This document shows, one piece after another, positions 20,300 through 28,875 of a stretch of 64,000 nt of DNA. The notes beneath the pieces were generated by a model, which was given only the letters and a program-made list of their open reading frames with translations, had not been told where the DNA came from and ran no database searches. Each line of letters starts with the position of its first letter. Positions within the stretch are counted from its first letter, which is position 1. Where the stretch lies: the IMG/VR virus record IMGVR_UViG_3300005805_000082, positions 4,826 to 68,825 of that record; one strand, written 5' to 3'. Both the position numbers and the translations under genes were made by a program. The stretch is from a virus. Taxonomy: Duplodnaviria; Caudoviricetes.

Positions 20300-20562
20300 A
20301 ACAATTCCTAAAGTCCCTGTTCAGCGATGAGAACAGCATCAATGAAAAGACTGTCATCGGCATTGCATCATTCCTGGTTATGCTTATCTATTCTATAGTA
20401 GACGTAGCCACAGGTGCATTCGGTAAAGACCTCGCCATCAATGAGAGGATCTACACTTCATTTGAGACAATCGTGCTTGGATCATTTGTGATTTCAGCAG
20501 GAGAAAAGATTACTAAAATTTTTAAAGGGAAAATAAATGGCGAAGAACCAAGAGTCAATTAA
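20296..20562 (+). CDS. Putative holin
   Basis: 88 aa, two hydrophobic segments, in lysis cluster. Confidence 0.55.
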   Translation: MKQFLKSLFSDENSINEKTVIGIASFLVMLIYSIVDVATGAFGKDLAINERIYTSFETIVLGSFVISAGEKITKIFKGKINGEEPRVN

Positions 20563-20656
20563 GATCAGCTTCGGTAAAAGAAGAAAGGGTAAAGCCCAGA
20601 AGAGAAGGGGACCGAAGGATAAGAAAATTTCTAAATATAAAGGACAGGGGAAATGA
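20537..20656 (+). CDS. 39-aa very basic protein (not in ORF track)
   Basis: MAKNQESIKISFGKRRKGKAQKRRGPKDKKISKYKGQGK; ATGA overlap with next gene. Confidence 0.65.
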   Translation: MAKNQESIKISFGKRRKGKAQKRRGPKDKKISKYKGQGK

Positions 20657-21120
20657 AACTATCAGAACACTTAGACTTATCGGAAGTAGTACGCAGTGAG
20701 TCTGCAAAGAGGAAAGGCATTAGTAATATGCCTACCCCCGAGCATATCGTCAACTTCAAACTGTTGGCGGAGAAAGTATTTGAACCAATCCGTAATCACT
20801 TCAGATGCCCAATACACATCTCATCAGGATACAGGAGCAAAGAATTAAACGCAGCAATCGGTGGTTCCGCCACAAGCCAGCACTGTTCGGGAGAAGCCAT
20901 CGACATCGACATGGACGGATCTCCAAACGGAGTGAGCAACGCTGACGTATTCAACTACATCAAGAACAACTTAGCATTCGACCAACTAATCTGGGAGTTC
21001 GGGAGTGACAGCAACCCTGACTGGGTGCATGTATCATACGAGTCTTCCGGCAAACAACGCAAACAAATTCTTAAGGCGAAGAGAGTGAATGGTAAAACAA
21101 CATACACTCCATATGAATAA
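20653..21120 (+). CDS. Peptidase M15 family zinc peptidase (second endolysin)
   Basis: SGYRS..LN..IGGS.TSQH..GEAIDI and WVHVS motifs. Confidence 0.88.
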   Translation: MKLSEHLDLSEVVRSESAKRKGISNMPTPEHIVNFKLLAEKVFEPIRNHFRCPIHISSGYRSKELNAAIGGSATSQHCSGEAIDIDMDGSPNGVSNADVFNYIKNNLAFDQLIWEFGSDSNPDWVHVSYESSGKQRKQILKAKRVNGKTTYTPYE

Positions 21121-21298
21121 CATCACAAGCTTTATCGGATCGCTGCTAGTCATGGCTATAGCTATAGTCATCTTCTTCATGCTCATGGAAAAGGAAATGC
21201 CACAGTCTAACAGGGAGCTTCTCATTGCATTTGTATCTGTACTGTTTGGTGCAATGGCCACATCAATCAAGAAAATAACTGGTGACGATGGCAAATAA
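21113..21298 (+). CDS. Small two-TM membrane protein (holin/antiholin-like)
   Basis: Two hydrophobic helices; ATG at 21113 in frame with track ORF 21089. Confidence 0.5.
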   Translation: MNNITSFIGSLLVMAIAIVIFFMLMEKEMPQSNRELLIAFVSVLFGAMATSIKKITGDDGK

Positions 21299-21485
21299 AA
21301 TCATTGCAGTCCTTGGGGCGATATGCCTGTTGGCGTTTACTATCTACATGTACAGCCGTACCCCCGAACCGATTCAACCTGAGATCAGGGCGATAGACAG
21401 TACCTTCATGAAGGCTGACTCTAGTATGCTCGTCAGGATCAAGCGGGTAGAACGCAGGGTAAAATCTCTAGAGAATGGAAAGTAA
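21288..21485 (+). CDS. Single-TM lysis accessory protein
   Basis: N-terminal hydrophobic helix, lysis cluster. Confidence 0.45.
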   Translation: MANKIIAVLGAICLLAFTIYMYSRTPEPIQPEIRAIDSTFMKADSSMLVRIKRVERRVKSLENGK

Positions 21486-21741
21486 GAAGTTCCTGTCTGA
21501 GAACTGGTCCGCCATTGTTGGTGTACTGACCGTAGCGTTTGTAGCCGGGGGAGTCCTGTCTGAGTTCAGACTGATGAGGGCGGAGATAGAGGAGTTGAAG
21601 AGGGATACCGCAATCAAGATTCAGCAGATAGAAGACAAGGATGTCAGAAAGAAAGACTGGCTAGAAGAACAGGAGCAGAGGATTGATGACCTCGAGGAGT
21701 GGAAAAGCTATGTAGAGGGCTCAAAGATCCTCGACAAGTAG
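21475..21741 (+). CDS. Single-TM coiled-coil protein (lysis accessory)
   Basis: N-terminal TM followed by charged coiled coil. Confidence 0.5.
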   Translation: MESKKFLSENWSAIVGVLTVAFVAGGVLSEFRLMRAEIEELKRDTAIKIQQIEDKDVRKKDWLEEQEQRIDDLEEWKSYVEGSKILDK

Positions 21742-22053
21742 CTTTATCTGCAGCAGAAGATCTACTATCTTGACAGCTCCATCAGTCAAACAATAGACAA
21801 CATGCTCGCCATCTATCTTTTTGATCAGTCTGTCCCTTTCTAATTCCCTTAAACTTTTGGTAAGCATATTACCGCTGACACCTGGAAGAAGCTGCTTGAT
21901 CTTATTAAATCTGGCGGGCTTATCTCTCAATATCATCAGGATAACAGGCTTCCACTTACCGCCTATCTTCTTCCTATTCAAGTCTATTATGTTTGGATCA
22001 ATCTTTCTGATGACAGAAATTAGAAAAACATGCTGCCTTATTCTACAAAACAA
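21721..22053 (-). CDS. HxlR-family winged-helix regulator
   Basis: IGGKWKPVILMIL...RFNKIK..LPGVS..MLTKSLRELE.D.LI signature. Confidence 0.85.
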   Translation of the reverse strand: MFCRIRQHVFLISVIRKIDPNIIDLNRKKIGGKWKPVILMILRDKPARFNKIKQLLPGVSGNMLTKSLRELERDRLIKKIDGEHVVYCLTDGAVKIVDLLLQIKLLVEDL

Positions 22054-22145
22054 TAAGAAACAGGTTAGATAAAGCTAACCTAAACAATGTCCATGGCTGC
22101 TTGTGTGTCTCTCTATAATAGATATTTGACACATAACTATTAGCT

Positions 22146-22460
22146 ATGGCAATTAAAAAAACAGTAAGTAAACTTCCAGTCGGAAGGTCCGTACGTGTTG
22201 AGTCGGGCGATGTATTTATCATTCAAAGAGACATACCACTGTCAGGGTTCAGGTCTATAGGCGCAAGCCTTAGGTATCCCTTTACTGAGATGGCATCAGG
22301 AGAGTCGTTTGAAATGAAAGTATCAAAGTCTGAGATCAGGAAGGCTGTATCCAGGGCAAGCGCAGCGTGTGTAAGTTTTGTAAAGAAAAACAACAAAGCT
22401 GCAAAGTTTACAGTCAGGCGTACAGGTCCTGATACACTAAGAGTATGGCGGATCAAGTAG
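22146..22460 (+). CDS. Small putative DNA-binding phage protein
   Basis: YPF..M..GESF...F.VR......RVWR pattern; divergent from HxlR gene. Confidence 0.55.
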   Translation: MAIKKTVSKLPVGRSVRVESGDVFIIQRDIPLSGFRSIGASLRYPFTEMASGESFEMKVSKSEIRKAVSRASAACVSFVKKNNKAAKFTVRRTGPDTLRVWRIK

Positions 22461-22674
22461 AGGGAGCCCCCAGTTCGGGGGCTTTGTATTTGCATTCAAA
22501 TTTGCCGTCATAAATTGTATATGGCTTGCCGATGATGTAGTTATACGGGAACATAAGTTCAGGAGTGTACCTCTGACATTTTAATGGGCAGTCAGAACAC
22601 CTACACAATAAGGGCGTCTGGAATGACTGCATGCTCGTCAAGTAGTCGTTGTAGTTCGTCATAGATAATGTCAA
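22453..22674 (-). CDS. Small Cys-rich hypothetical protein
   Basis: CRCSDCPLKC motif; end of leftward operon. Confidence 0.45.
   Translation of the reverse strand: MTLSMTNYNDYLTSMQSFQTPLLCRCSDCPLKCQRYTPELMFPYNYIIGKPYTIYDGKFECKYKAPELGAPST
22464..22486. terminator. Hairpin terminator between convergent genes
   Basis: GAGCCCCC-AGTTC-GGGGGCTT. Confidence 0.65.
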
Positions 22675-22858
22675 GTGAATCGTAAGGTGTAAAGTTCTTG
22701 TCTTGTTCTAAGGCTCTTTCAATCTTGCCCAACATCTCTTTCCTGGTGTTGTGCACCAATTCCCAAAGGACCAATGCCATGTCGAGGGATTTGACTGCCC
22801 GCTCATGGGCAAGGCGATCATCTAAATCGTTAAGGTCATACTCTAAAATTCCTTTCAT
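22601..22858 (-). CDS. Hypothetical phage protein
   Basis: ATG start, natural-looking composition. Confidence 0.6.
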   Translation of the reverse strand: MKGILEYDLNDLDDRLAHERAVKSLDMALVLWELVHNTRKEMLGKIERALEQDKNFTPYDSLDIIYDELQRLLDEHAVIPDALIV

Positions 22859-23075
22859 AGTAGTCGTTTATAAATTTAATCTTCCAATCTCCTGTATGCC
22901 CATCTTCATCGAGAGCATACATAATAGCTTCGGCAATATGATTCCTTTCTATTGCTTTTGCTTTATTAACTATGTCTATTAAATCCTCATGCTGTTTAAA
23001 TGCCCTTTCATCGTCATAAGAAATATAATTAACTAATTGTTCAAATAACCATTCAACTGCTGGTTGTTGTGCCAT
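22836..23075 (-). CDS. Hypothetical protein, xQ(T/P)AVEWL family
   Basis: MAQQPAVEWLFEQL N-terminus, paralog of 32267-32476. Confidence 0.65.
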   Translation of the reverse strand: MAQQPAVEWLFEQLVNYISYDDERAFKQHEDLIDIVNKAKAIERNHIAEAIMYALDEDGHTGDWKIKFINDYYERNFRV

Positions 23076-23078
23076 AGT

Positions 23079-23327
23079 TTATTTATTATAAGGTGATTTA
23101 TTGAGAATCTTTGATTTAACACCTTTGAAAAATGCATCATTGAACTGGTAGCTTTCAATTTCAAGAGCCTTATCTATTGCCTCCTGCATATCGCCACTGT
23201 GTTCTGTGACGTTATACATCATCCATTTTGCTAAAGTTTCCACTGCTGTTAAAGGATTATACAAACCATCCTTAGCATCTGCTTCCATGATTCCTGTTAG
23301 CAGTTTCTTTTGTTCATTCTTTTCCAT
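23079..23327 (-). CDS. Hypothetical protein (TAVE-type motif)
   Basis: LTAVETLAKW; coupled operon. Confidence 0.6.
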   Translation of the reverse strand: MEKNEQKKLLTGIMEADAKDGLYNPLTAVETLAKWMMYNVTEHSGDMQEAIDKALEIESYQFNDAFFKGVKSKILNKSPYNK

Positions 23328-23511
23328 CGACTATATTTTTTAATTGGTTCCAAATGCTTTCAGAATTTTCACCCCAGTAATGGTCGCACTTGTCATCTTT
23401 GATCGGGGGGTTGAGAAAGTAGGATTGTCTATAGCTAGGTTCTGCGGTGAACCTGTAGCATGATTCTTTTGCTGGGCATTCTTCACCCGAGCACATTGTT
23501 ATGTCTGGCAT
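23314..23511 (-). CDS. Small Cys-rich phage protein
   Basis: MPDITMCSGEECPAKESCYRF. Confidence 0.65.
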   Translation of the reverse strand: MPDITMCSGEECPAKESCYRFTAEPSYRQSYFLNPPIKDDKCDHYWGENSESIWNQLKNIVDGKE

Positions 23512-23810
23512 TAGAGTTTATTTATAAAGTCTTCTAATTTCTTTTTAGTCTTGTCGTCCATATGCGTAGCACACCTGAGCAGTTCGTCATAGAACAGGTG
23601 ATCCTTTGCCTTGGCTATTCCTCTCTTGTCGGCAGGTATCTTTAATTCTATGGCGGTCTTCAGCCACCTCAGCTTGGTGATTACGGGAGGCATGGTTTCT
23701 CTGAATGCAACGTGCCTGGTACTGAGCAGATCCTCTGCATACGTAAGTGCATTGCATATGTTGGCGTGCAATAATTCAAACGACTCTGTTTGCGATTCCG
23801 TCAACTTCAT
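23511..23810 (-). CDS. Hypothetical protein
   Basis: Likely start MKLTESQ at 23810 (track start 23840). Confidence 0.55.
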   Translation of the reverse strand: MKLTESQTESFELLHANICNALTYAEDLLSTRHVAFRETMPPVITKLRWLKTAIELKIPADKRGIAKAKDHLFYDELLRCATHMDDKTKKKLEDFINKL

Positions 23811-24798
23811 AAATTGCTTTAAATATTTGATAAACAACATTGGGTACTATCGCATTTCCTCCGGCCTTGATTGACTCTCTTCTCCATTTAGAAAAGGTAA
23901 TACCGTCCAGTCTGTCGGAAAGCCCATCATCTCCATAACAAATTGGGGAGACAGTTGGGAAGATTTCCCAGGAGGAGGGTCTGTCATATTGATAACCACC
24001 TCCGCCATGTAGAAACGATCCTTCCGGTGCTGGAATGAAGGCTGCTCCACCTTGGTTGAGTGGTTCATGTCGTTGGCTCTCGGGGTTGGGAGCATTTTCC
24101 AATTCATTAAATCCGTTAAGGTTACTCCGGGTTTGTATTTGCTGTTTGGATTTCGTTTCTCCCAGCTTGCAGAAGGGGCCTCCATTGCTTTTGGAGTCGG
24201 TAGCATCCCATTGAAAATCTGAGTCGCAAGATTTGGCATTGTTGTACCATTGGGATACTTCTCCATCCGTGCCTTGAACTTTTCTAGATCCATTACCTCC
24301 TCTCTTGTTGTTGGCGTGAGCAACAAACCAGATCCGGTCTCTCCTGTGGGGAGCGTTGACACCTGCAGCTGGAATAAGAAACGATTGGACTTCATATCCT
24401 TCCCTTTCCAAGTCATCGTACACCTCGTGGAAAACCATTCCCCCGTTCCAACTAACAAGTCCACGAACATTTTCGCCAACAATCCATCGGGGTTTGATTT
24501 CTTTAATTGCTCTAAGCATTTCTGGAAAGAGGTGTCTTTCGTCTTCTTTGCCGAGCCTTTTACCTGCGGTTGAGTAGGGCTGACAAGGGAATCCACCTGT
24601 GAGGATGTCAATGTTTCCTCTGTGAACGGAAAAGTCTGTTGTACAAATGTTCTCATATGAAATTGATTTAGGCCAATAATGTTTTAATACTTTTTGTCCG
24701 AATGGGTTCCACTCACAATGGAATACATTTTCCCATCCCATCCATTCTGCAGCAAGGTCAAAGCCACCGATGCCTGAAAATAAACTACCGTGTTTCAT
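23776..24798 (-). CDS. C5 cytosine DNA methyltransferase, alpha polypeptide (motifs I-VIII and X)
   Basis: LFSGIGG, GGFPCQ, ENV, HRRDRIW, GNAIVP present; motif IX absent from this frame. Confidence 0.92.
   Translation of the reverse strand: MKHGSLFSGIGGFDLAAEWMGWENVFHCEWNPFGQKVLKHYWPKSISYENICTTDFSVHRGNIDILTGGFPCQPYSTAGKRLGKEDERHLFPEMLRAIKEIKPRWIVGENVRGLVSWNGGMVFHEVYDDLEREGYEVQSFLIPAAGVNAPHRRDRIWFVAHANNKRGGNGSRKVQGTDGEVSQWYNNAKSCDSDFQWDATDSKSNGGPFCKLGETKSKQQIQTRSNLNGFNELENAPNPESQRHEPLNQGGAAFIPAPEGSFLHGGGGYQYDRPSSWEIFPTVSPICYGDDGLSDRLDGITFSKWRRESIKAGGNAIVPNVVYQIFKAIYEVDGIANRVV
23847..24656 (-). CDS. C5 methyltransferase beta polypeptide (motif IX) nested in alternative frame
   Basis: 269-aa ORF wholly inside the MTase gene, ending QLSPQFVMEMMGFPTDWT (motif IX-like). 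Confidence 0.78.
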   Translation of the reverse strand: MRTFVQQTFPFTEETLTSSQVDSLVSPTQPQVKGSAKKTKDTSFQKCLEQLKKSNPDGLLAKMFVDLLVGTGEWFSTRCTMTWKGKDMKSNRFLFQLQVSTLPTGETGSGLLLTPTTREEVMDLEKFKARMEKYPNGTTMPNLATQIFNGMLPTPKAMEAPSASWEKRNPNSKYKPGVTLTDLMNWKMLPTPRANDMNHSTKVEQPSFQHRKDRFYMAEVVINMTDPPPGKSSQLSPQFVMEMMGFPTDWTVLPFLNGEESQSRPEEMR

Positions 24799-24813
24799 GT
24801 ATAAATAACTATT

Positions 24814-24945
24814 TTAGAGAGTTTCGTTGATAAGAATTTCCAGCCTTGATAAGATCTGTCCGATTACAATTCCTAGGCGCAGGTCATCGCCTTCTTCCAC
24901 AGCTCGGGAGAGAGAGATGTACAGCTGTTTAAGTTCTTCCTTCAT
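24814..24945 (-). CDS. 43-aa hypothetical protein (not in ORF track)
   Basis: MKEELKQLYISLSRAVEEGDDLRLGIVIGQILSRLEILINETL; start overlaps upstream stop. Confidence 0.55.
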   Translation of the reverse strand: MKEELKQLYISLSRAVEEGDDLRLGIVIGQILSRLEILINETL

Positions 24946-25169
24946 GTTAATTTCTTTTTGAGTTCATCATATGTGAAGGGACAGACGAATGACATCCCGT
25001 TGGAGTGGATTAGCGAGCAGATGATACTGTCATCCTTGTAGTATCCGATGGCGTCAATCCGAAAGAACATCATCATTTTGGTCTCTGCGTTTTCAAGTGA
25101 TGTCTTTATCCCGAGCTGCTCCAATTCGTTTGAATGATCGTCATGGTGGTAGATGGGTAATTCAATCAT
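24942..25169 (-). CDS. Hypothetical protein
   Basis: Coupled operon. Confidence 0.6.
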   Translation of the reverse strand: MIELPIYHHDDHSNELEQLGIKTSLENAETKMMMFFRIDAIGYYKDDSIICSLIHSNGMSFVCPFTYDELKKKLT

Positions 25170-25690
25170 AGTTTAATTTGTATCAGCGCCTCCACGCTTT
25201 TGGTGAGATGATCAATGTCTTTATCGTTCTTGATGTAGAAGTCGAAGTCCCATCCATCAAGTGATGTCTCAGAGGGGTGGTCATTTACTGGCGCACCACG
25301 CTCTATACGAATGATGAGTCCATTGTACAGCTTGATCCTTTCCGCTTCATTAGGGAACCTGCAGTCAACAATCAGCCAGTTGTCTCCAACTCTGTAGTCA
25401 GCTAGGAGCGCATTCACCCATGCATCCTTGTGCAGTCCATTACGAATAGCATCAGTGCCTAGCTTTTGAAGAAAGGTTCTGACATCCATGTCCCATCCTG
25501 GGAGGTAGGACTGCTTGAATGATTGGCTCTCAAACATTCCTGTTGGAATGCCTGTGAGTACTGACGCCACATCCTTAAGTTTCTGTGAGTAGCCTTTGAT
25601 TTGCCATTTCTTTTCTGGCTGAAGCTTTTGTATGATCTCTGCCACGGTGTTCTTACCTGACAGAGCATATCCTGATATTCCTACAATCAT
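25166..25690 (-). CDS. Deoxynucleoside monophosphate kinase (T4 gp1-like)
   Basis: GISGYALSGKNT P-loop, R.FLQKLGTDAIR, IVDCRFPNE, H.SE. Confidence 0.85.
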   Translation of the reverse strand: MIVGISGYALSGKNTVAEIIQKLQPEKKWQIKGYSQKLKDVASVLTGIPTGMFESQSFKQSYLPGWDMDVRTFLQKLGTDAIRNGLHKDAWVNALLADYRVGDNWLIVDCRFPNEAERIKLYNGLIIRIERGAPVNDHPSETSLDGWDFDFYIKNDKDIDHLTKSVEALIQIKL

Positions 25691-26127
25691 ATTATCTTTT
25701 CTAAGTATTGGTTAATGAGATTGTCGCAAGTATGTTGATAGTCGGAGAGAGCATCCACGAAGGGGACATTGCATCCCTGCTCCCTGGCAAGTCTCATCTC
25801 TTCGGTGTTATCATCAAGGTGGAACACGAACTTGGTTCCGTTGAGGTAGTTGTACTTCCACTCCATACATGTGAAGCGGATGTGATGCTTGGGGATGCAA
25901 AGCTTTTCAGCTACGCCCCACACATGGAAGTTGGGATCGCCATCATGGTTGTCATATATGGCAGCCCATTCCTCTTTGGGGAACTTTGCACGCCATTTGT
26001 GGTCATGGTTTGAGTCATACCTAGTGGTAACAATCCATACCTCTATGCCTCTCTTGATCAGAGACTGGGCGTAATCTTGCACGTCTTGGAACTCAAGAGT
26101 GCCATCGAAATCAAATGATACTTTCAT
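25687..26127 (-). CDS. HAD-superfamily phosphatase
   Basis: SFDFDGTL motif I, VTTR motif II, FHLDDN motif IV. Confidence 0.8.
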   Translation of the reverse strand: MKVSFDFDGTLEFQDVQDYAQSLIKRGIEVWIVTTRYDSNHDHKWRAKFPKEEWAAIYDNHDGDPNFHVWGVAEKLCIPKHHIRFTCMEWKYNYLNGTKFVFHLDDNTEEMRLAREQGCNVPFVDALSDYQHTCDNLINQYLEKII

Positions 26128-26140
26128 AAGTAAGAATTAA

Positions 26141-26163
26141 AGAGGGAGCATTTGCTCCCCCTT
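26141..26163. terminator. Hairpin, likely terminator
   Basis: AGAGGGAGCA-TT-TGCTCCCCCTT. Confidence 0.5.
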
Positions 26164-26165
26164 GT

Positions 26166-26411
26166 TTAGAATGGTAGGTCACCTGCCTCCTGGCCTGCAA
26201 ACTTTGGTGCAGCAGCAGTAGGTTTCCATGTGTCAATCTCTAGGTACTGAGTACCCTTCTGTGAGTTCTTAAGGGTCAGGTTCACCCATCCCTTTTCGCT
26301 GAGGTGTTCAGACAACTTCTGCAGATCGTCCTTTGTAAGTCCAATCTTTGTCATGGTTCCGAACTTGGTCTCTTTGGCTTCGACCTTGCCGACAAACAGC
26401 TTCTCGCTCAT
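26166..26411 (-). CDS. Small putative ssDNA-binding protein
   Basis: Beta-rich, acidic DLPF C-terminal tip typical of SSBs. Confidence 0.55.
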   Translation of the reverse strand: MSEKLFVGKVEAKETKFGTMTKIGLTKDDLQKLSEHLSEKGWVNLTLKNSQKGTQYLEIDTWKPTAAAPKFAGQEAGDLPF

Positions 26412-26554
26412 TGTTTTTCGATTTTAATTGTTAGTGAATATTTAAGAAAGTAGAATCCTATCTCCAGTTGTTGTGGTCCAGGATCAAATACGATTGCTAG
26501 TGTTGGTAGGAGTATCCATACCTCCATCGGTTGTGCGTTGATTTCTATCTTCAT
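26408..26554 (-). CDS. 48-aa hydrophobic hypothetical protein (not in ORF track)
   Basis: MKIEINAQPMEVWILLPTLAIV...; coupled at both ends. Confidence 0.5.
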   Translation of the reverse strand: MKIEINAQPMEVWILLPTLAIVFDPGPQQLEIGFYFLKYSLTIKIEKQ

Positions 26555-26889
26555 GGTTTTATAATTTGATTTTGAATGAGCATCTCTAGTAACTCCTTAA
26601 AGTCTTCGATAGTCATGGCGACAATGGTTCCCTTCCTGTTCCGCTTGTGGAAGACTAGGTTGTAGTTTTCAGGTGGCATCCTAGCAAGGACATCATGTAT
26701 ACTCCCGAGCTTTTCTACTGCCTTAGCCTGGACATTGAATGGATCCGTGTAGCACAGGTCAATACCTTGGTCATCCTTGTTCTTGGATTCTGATCTTGAA
26801 CTGACTGCCTTCTCCCATCCTAATTCCCTAAACCAATCTCTGATGGTCAGCTCGTAGGCGTGTCCTTTCTTTCTTGGGTTGATTGCCAT
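26551..26889 (-). CDS. Holliday junction resolvase-like PD-(D/E)xK nuclease
   Basis: RKKGHAYE...D...VQAK pattern. Confidence 0.7.
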   Translation of the reverse strand: MAINPRKKGHAYELTIRDWFRELGWEKAVSSRSESKNKDDQGIDLCYTDPFNVQAKAVEKLGSIHDVLARMPPENYNLVFHKRNRKGTIVAMTIEDFKELLEMLIQNQIIKP

Positions 26890-27158
26890 ATCCTTCCTGT
26901 TTTGTGTAGTTCCTTAATGCTGTCCCATGTAACTGATGGGTGAAATGTGGTGGGGTGAAAGTGCTGTGGGTTGGTGACCTGCTGCATGTAGTATGGATGC
27001 TCAGGCTTGATGTCTTCTAACTTGGTAGGTTCAAGGAGTCCTTCGCCTACCGTGTCCTCGACATACTCCAACCACGCTCCGCCATTGTTGTACTTCCTCC
27101 AGTTCTCCTTAAAAAGGATCTGCAAGTGAGGCGAATTTTTGTACGTCTTCTTTGCCAT
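26847..27158 (-). CDS. Hypothetical protein
   Basis: Coupled operon. Confidence 0.5.
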   Translation of the reverse strand: MAKKTYKNSPHLQILFKENWRKYNNGGAWLEYVEDTVGEGLLEPTKLEDIKPEHPYYMQQVTNPQHFHPTTFHPSVTWDSIKELHKTGRIWQSTQERKDTPTS

Positions 27159-28875
27159 AGGGTTGCCTTACGAATTTGGTTTGGTCTGTGCCGTCATTTA
27201 TTTTTTCAGCGGGATCGAACCTGCTGTTGGCCAGATTAAAATGGAAGTAGCTCGTGCCAATCTCACCTGTGTACCTGAACCTGATCTTCCACCTGTGCAC
27301 CTCAGTCTGCCTAGTCTCGTAGTTTCTGTACACACTGAGTCCATTGTCAGTCAGGTTGTACCAATGTGATGAGTCACCCACACTGTACCCGTCAGGGACC
27401 TCATGCTTATTGCCTACCTTGGTCATCTTCTTGGGGTGCGCCACTATGAATACATGGATACCATTGTTCCTGGCGAACTTGGCTAGGTCATTCATCATGT
27501 TCTTAATCTGATGGTGACGCTGCTGCTCCTGGTTGCTGAGGCTCTTCTCAACTGTACTCATGTTATCAATCACCAGAGCATTGATCCCGTTGCGCCTTAC
27601 CATTTCCTTAGCCTTCATAAGAATACCATCGATGGTTAGGTCATTGTCACTGAGTCGGTAATACTTGAAGTGCTCGTTCATGAACGGGATCAGCCTCTCA
27701 ACCTCTTCCTTGGCGATACGCTCTGCATGTGGAGTCTTAAAGAAGCTCTTGCCTGTAGCTATTTGGTAGAGATCTGCAAGGGCAAAGGCAGTGTTGGCCT
27801 CCTCGGCTGAGTAGATGAAGAACCTCTGGTCGTGCATCTTGGCTAGGCGGTACATCAGGTTCTTGAGGAAGGTAGACTTACCATGCCCAGGTATACCCGT
27901 GATCAGGGTCACCTGTCCAGGGTGGATCGTATATCCATAACCCACATCAAAACCTACAGGCTCTCCCTCTTCATAGAGTCTGAGCAGGTCATCCTTAACA
28001 GAGGATGCATCGTCAACGCCTTCGATGGGGAAAGGGCTAGCAGAGTTGTAACACTCCACTAGCTTCTCTTGTCCACCATGAATCAACGTCTCATTTGCGT
28101 CCTTGTATGGGAGGGAAATTATATAGCAATTCTCCCGACCTAGCCGTCTTGCAAGCTCGTTCCTCAGAGCGATGCCTGCCTCGTCCATGTCGGTTGCTAT
28201 GTAAATTCTTTTGCCTTCAAACAGATCTATAAATTCATCGAGCCACTCCAGTTTCTGAGAGCCCTTACTCGCTCCATTAGGGACTGATACAGCGATCTTA
28301 ATACCCGCTTCATAGAACGACATAGCATCAATCTCTCCCTCGCAAATAATAATATCAGTGGTGCTATTATCACAAGCGATATCAATACCGAAAGGACCCA
28401 ACAGAGCGCCAGATACCAGCTTAAAATTCTTACTAGAATCCCTGTACTTAATGTTGAAAATTTTCCCATTCTTAAAATAGTTAAAGTGAATAGTGCGGAC
28501 CTCCTTGTTAACCTGTGGCATGTAGTCGATGCCTTCTGATACGCCAAACCTGATGAGTGTTTGGTTGGAGATCTTCCTGCTAGCAAACCAATCGAGGACA
28601 GGCTGTGACAATGTCTTCAGCTCTGTTGGCGGGGATACATATTCCTTCTCCGGCTTCTTCTGCACAGCTCCCTTCCATCCACAGTTATGGCAGTTCCATA
28701 TCCCTTCCTCAACATCCACAGACAGGCACGGGTCGTGTTTCTTTTTGCGGTCTTGACTACACTTAGGACAGGTGGTCTTGATGTTACCACGCTGCCCATA
28801 GCGTACGTTAATCCCCAGTGATTGTAGCTGTTGGATCATGAGCCTTTTGTTTAGTGTTCCAATACATGTTAGCAT
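27109..28875 (-). CDS. T7 gp4/Twinkle-type primase-helicase
   Basis: CPKC..CHNC zinc finger, TOPRIM EGEIDAMS and DMD, Walker A GIPGHGKS, VAHP; likely start ATG 28839. Confidence 0.92.
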   Translation of the reverse strand: MLTCIGTLNKRLMIQQLQSLGINVRYGQRGNIKTTCPKCSQDRKKKHDPCLSVDVEEGIWNCHNCGWKGAVQKKPEKEYVSPPTELKTLSQPVLDWFASRKISNQTLIRFGVSEGIDYMPQVNKEVRTIHFNYFKNGKIFNIKYRDSSKNFKLVSGALLGPFGIDIACDNSTTDIIICEGEIDAMSFYEAGIKIAVSVPNGASKGSQKLEWLDEFIDLFEGKRIYIATDMDEAGIALRNELARRLGRENCYIISLPYKDANETLIHGGQEKLVECYNSASPFPIEGVDDASSVKDDLLRLYEEGEPVGFDVGYGYTIHPGQVTLITGIPGHGKSTFLKNLMYRLAKMHDQRFFIYSAEEANTAFALADLYQIATGKSFFKTPHAERIAKEEVERLIPFMNEHFKYYRLSDNDLTIDGILMKAKEMVRRNGINALVIDNMSTVEKSLSNQEQQRHHQIKNMMNDLAKFARNNGIHVFIVAHPKKMTKVGNKHEVPDGYSVGDSSHWYNLTDNGLSVYRNYETRQTEVHRWKIRFRYTGEIGTSYFHFNLANSRFDPAEKINDGTDQTKFVRQPYGKEDVQKFASLADPF

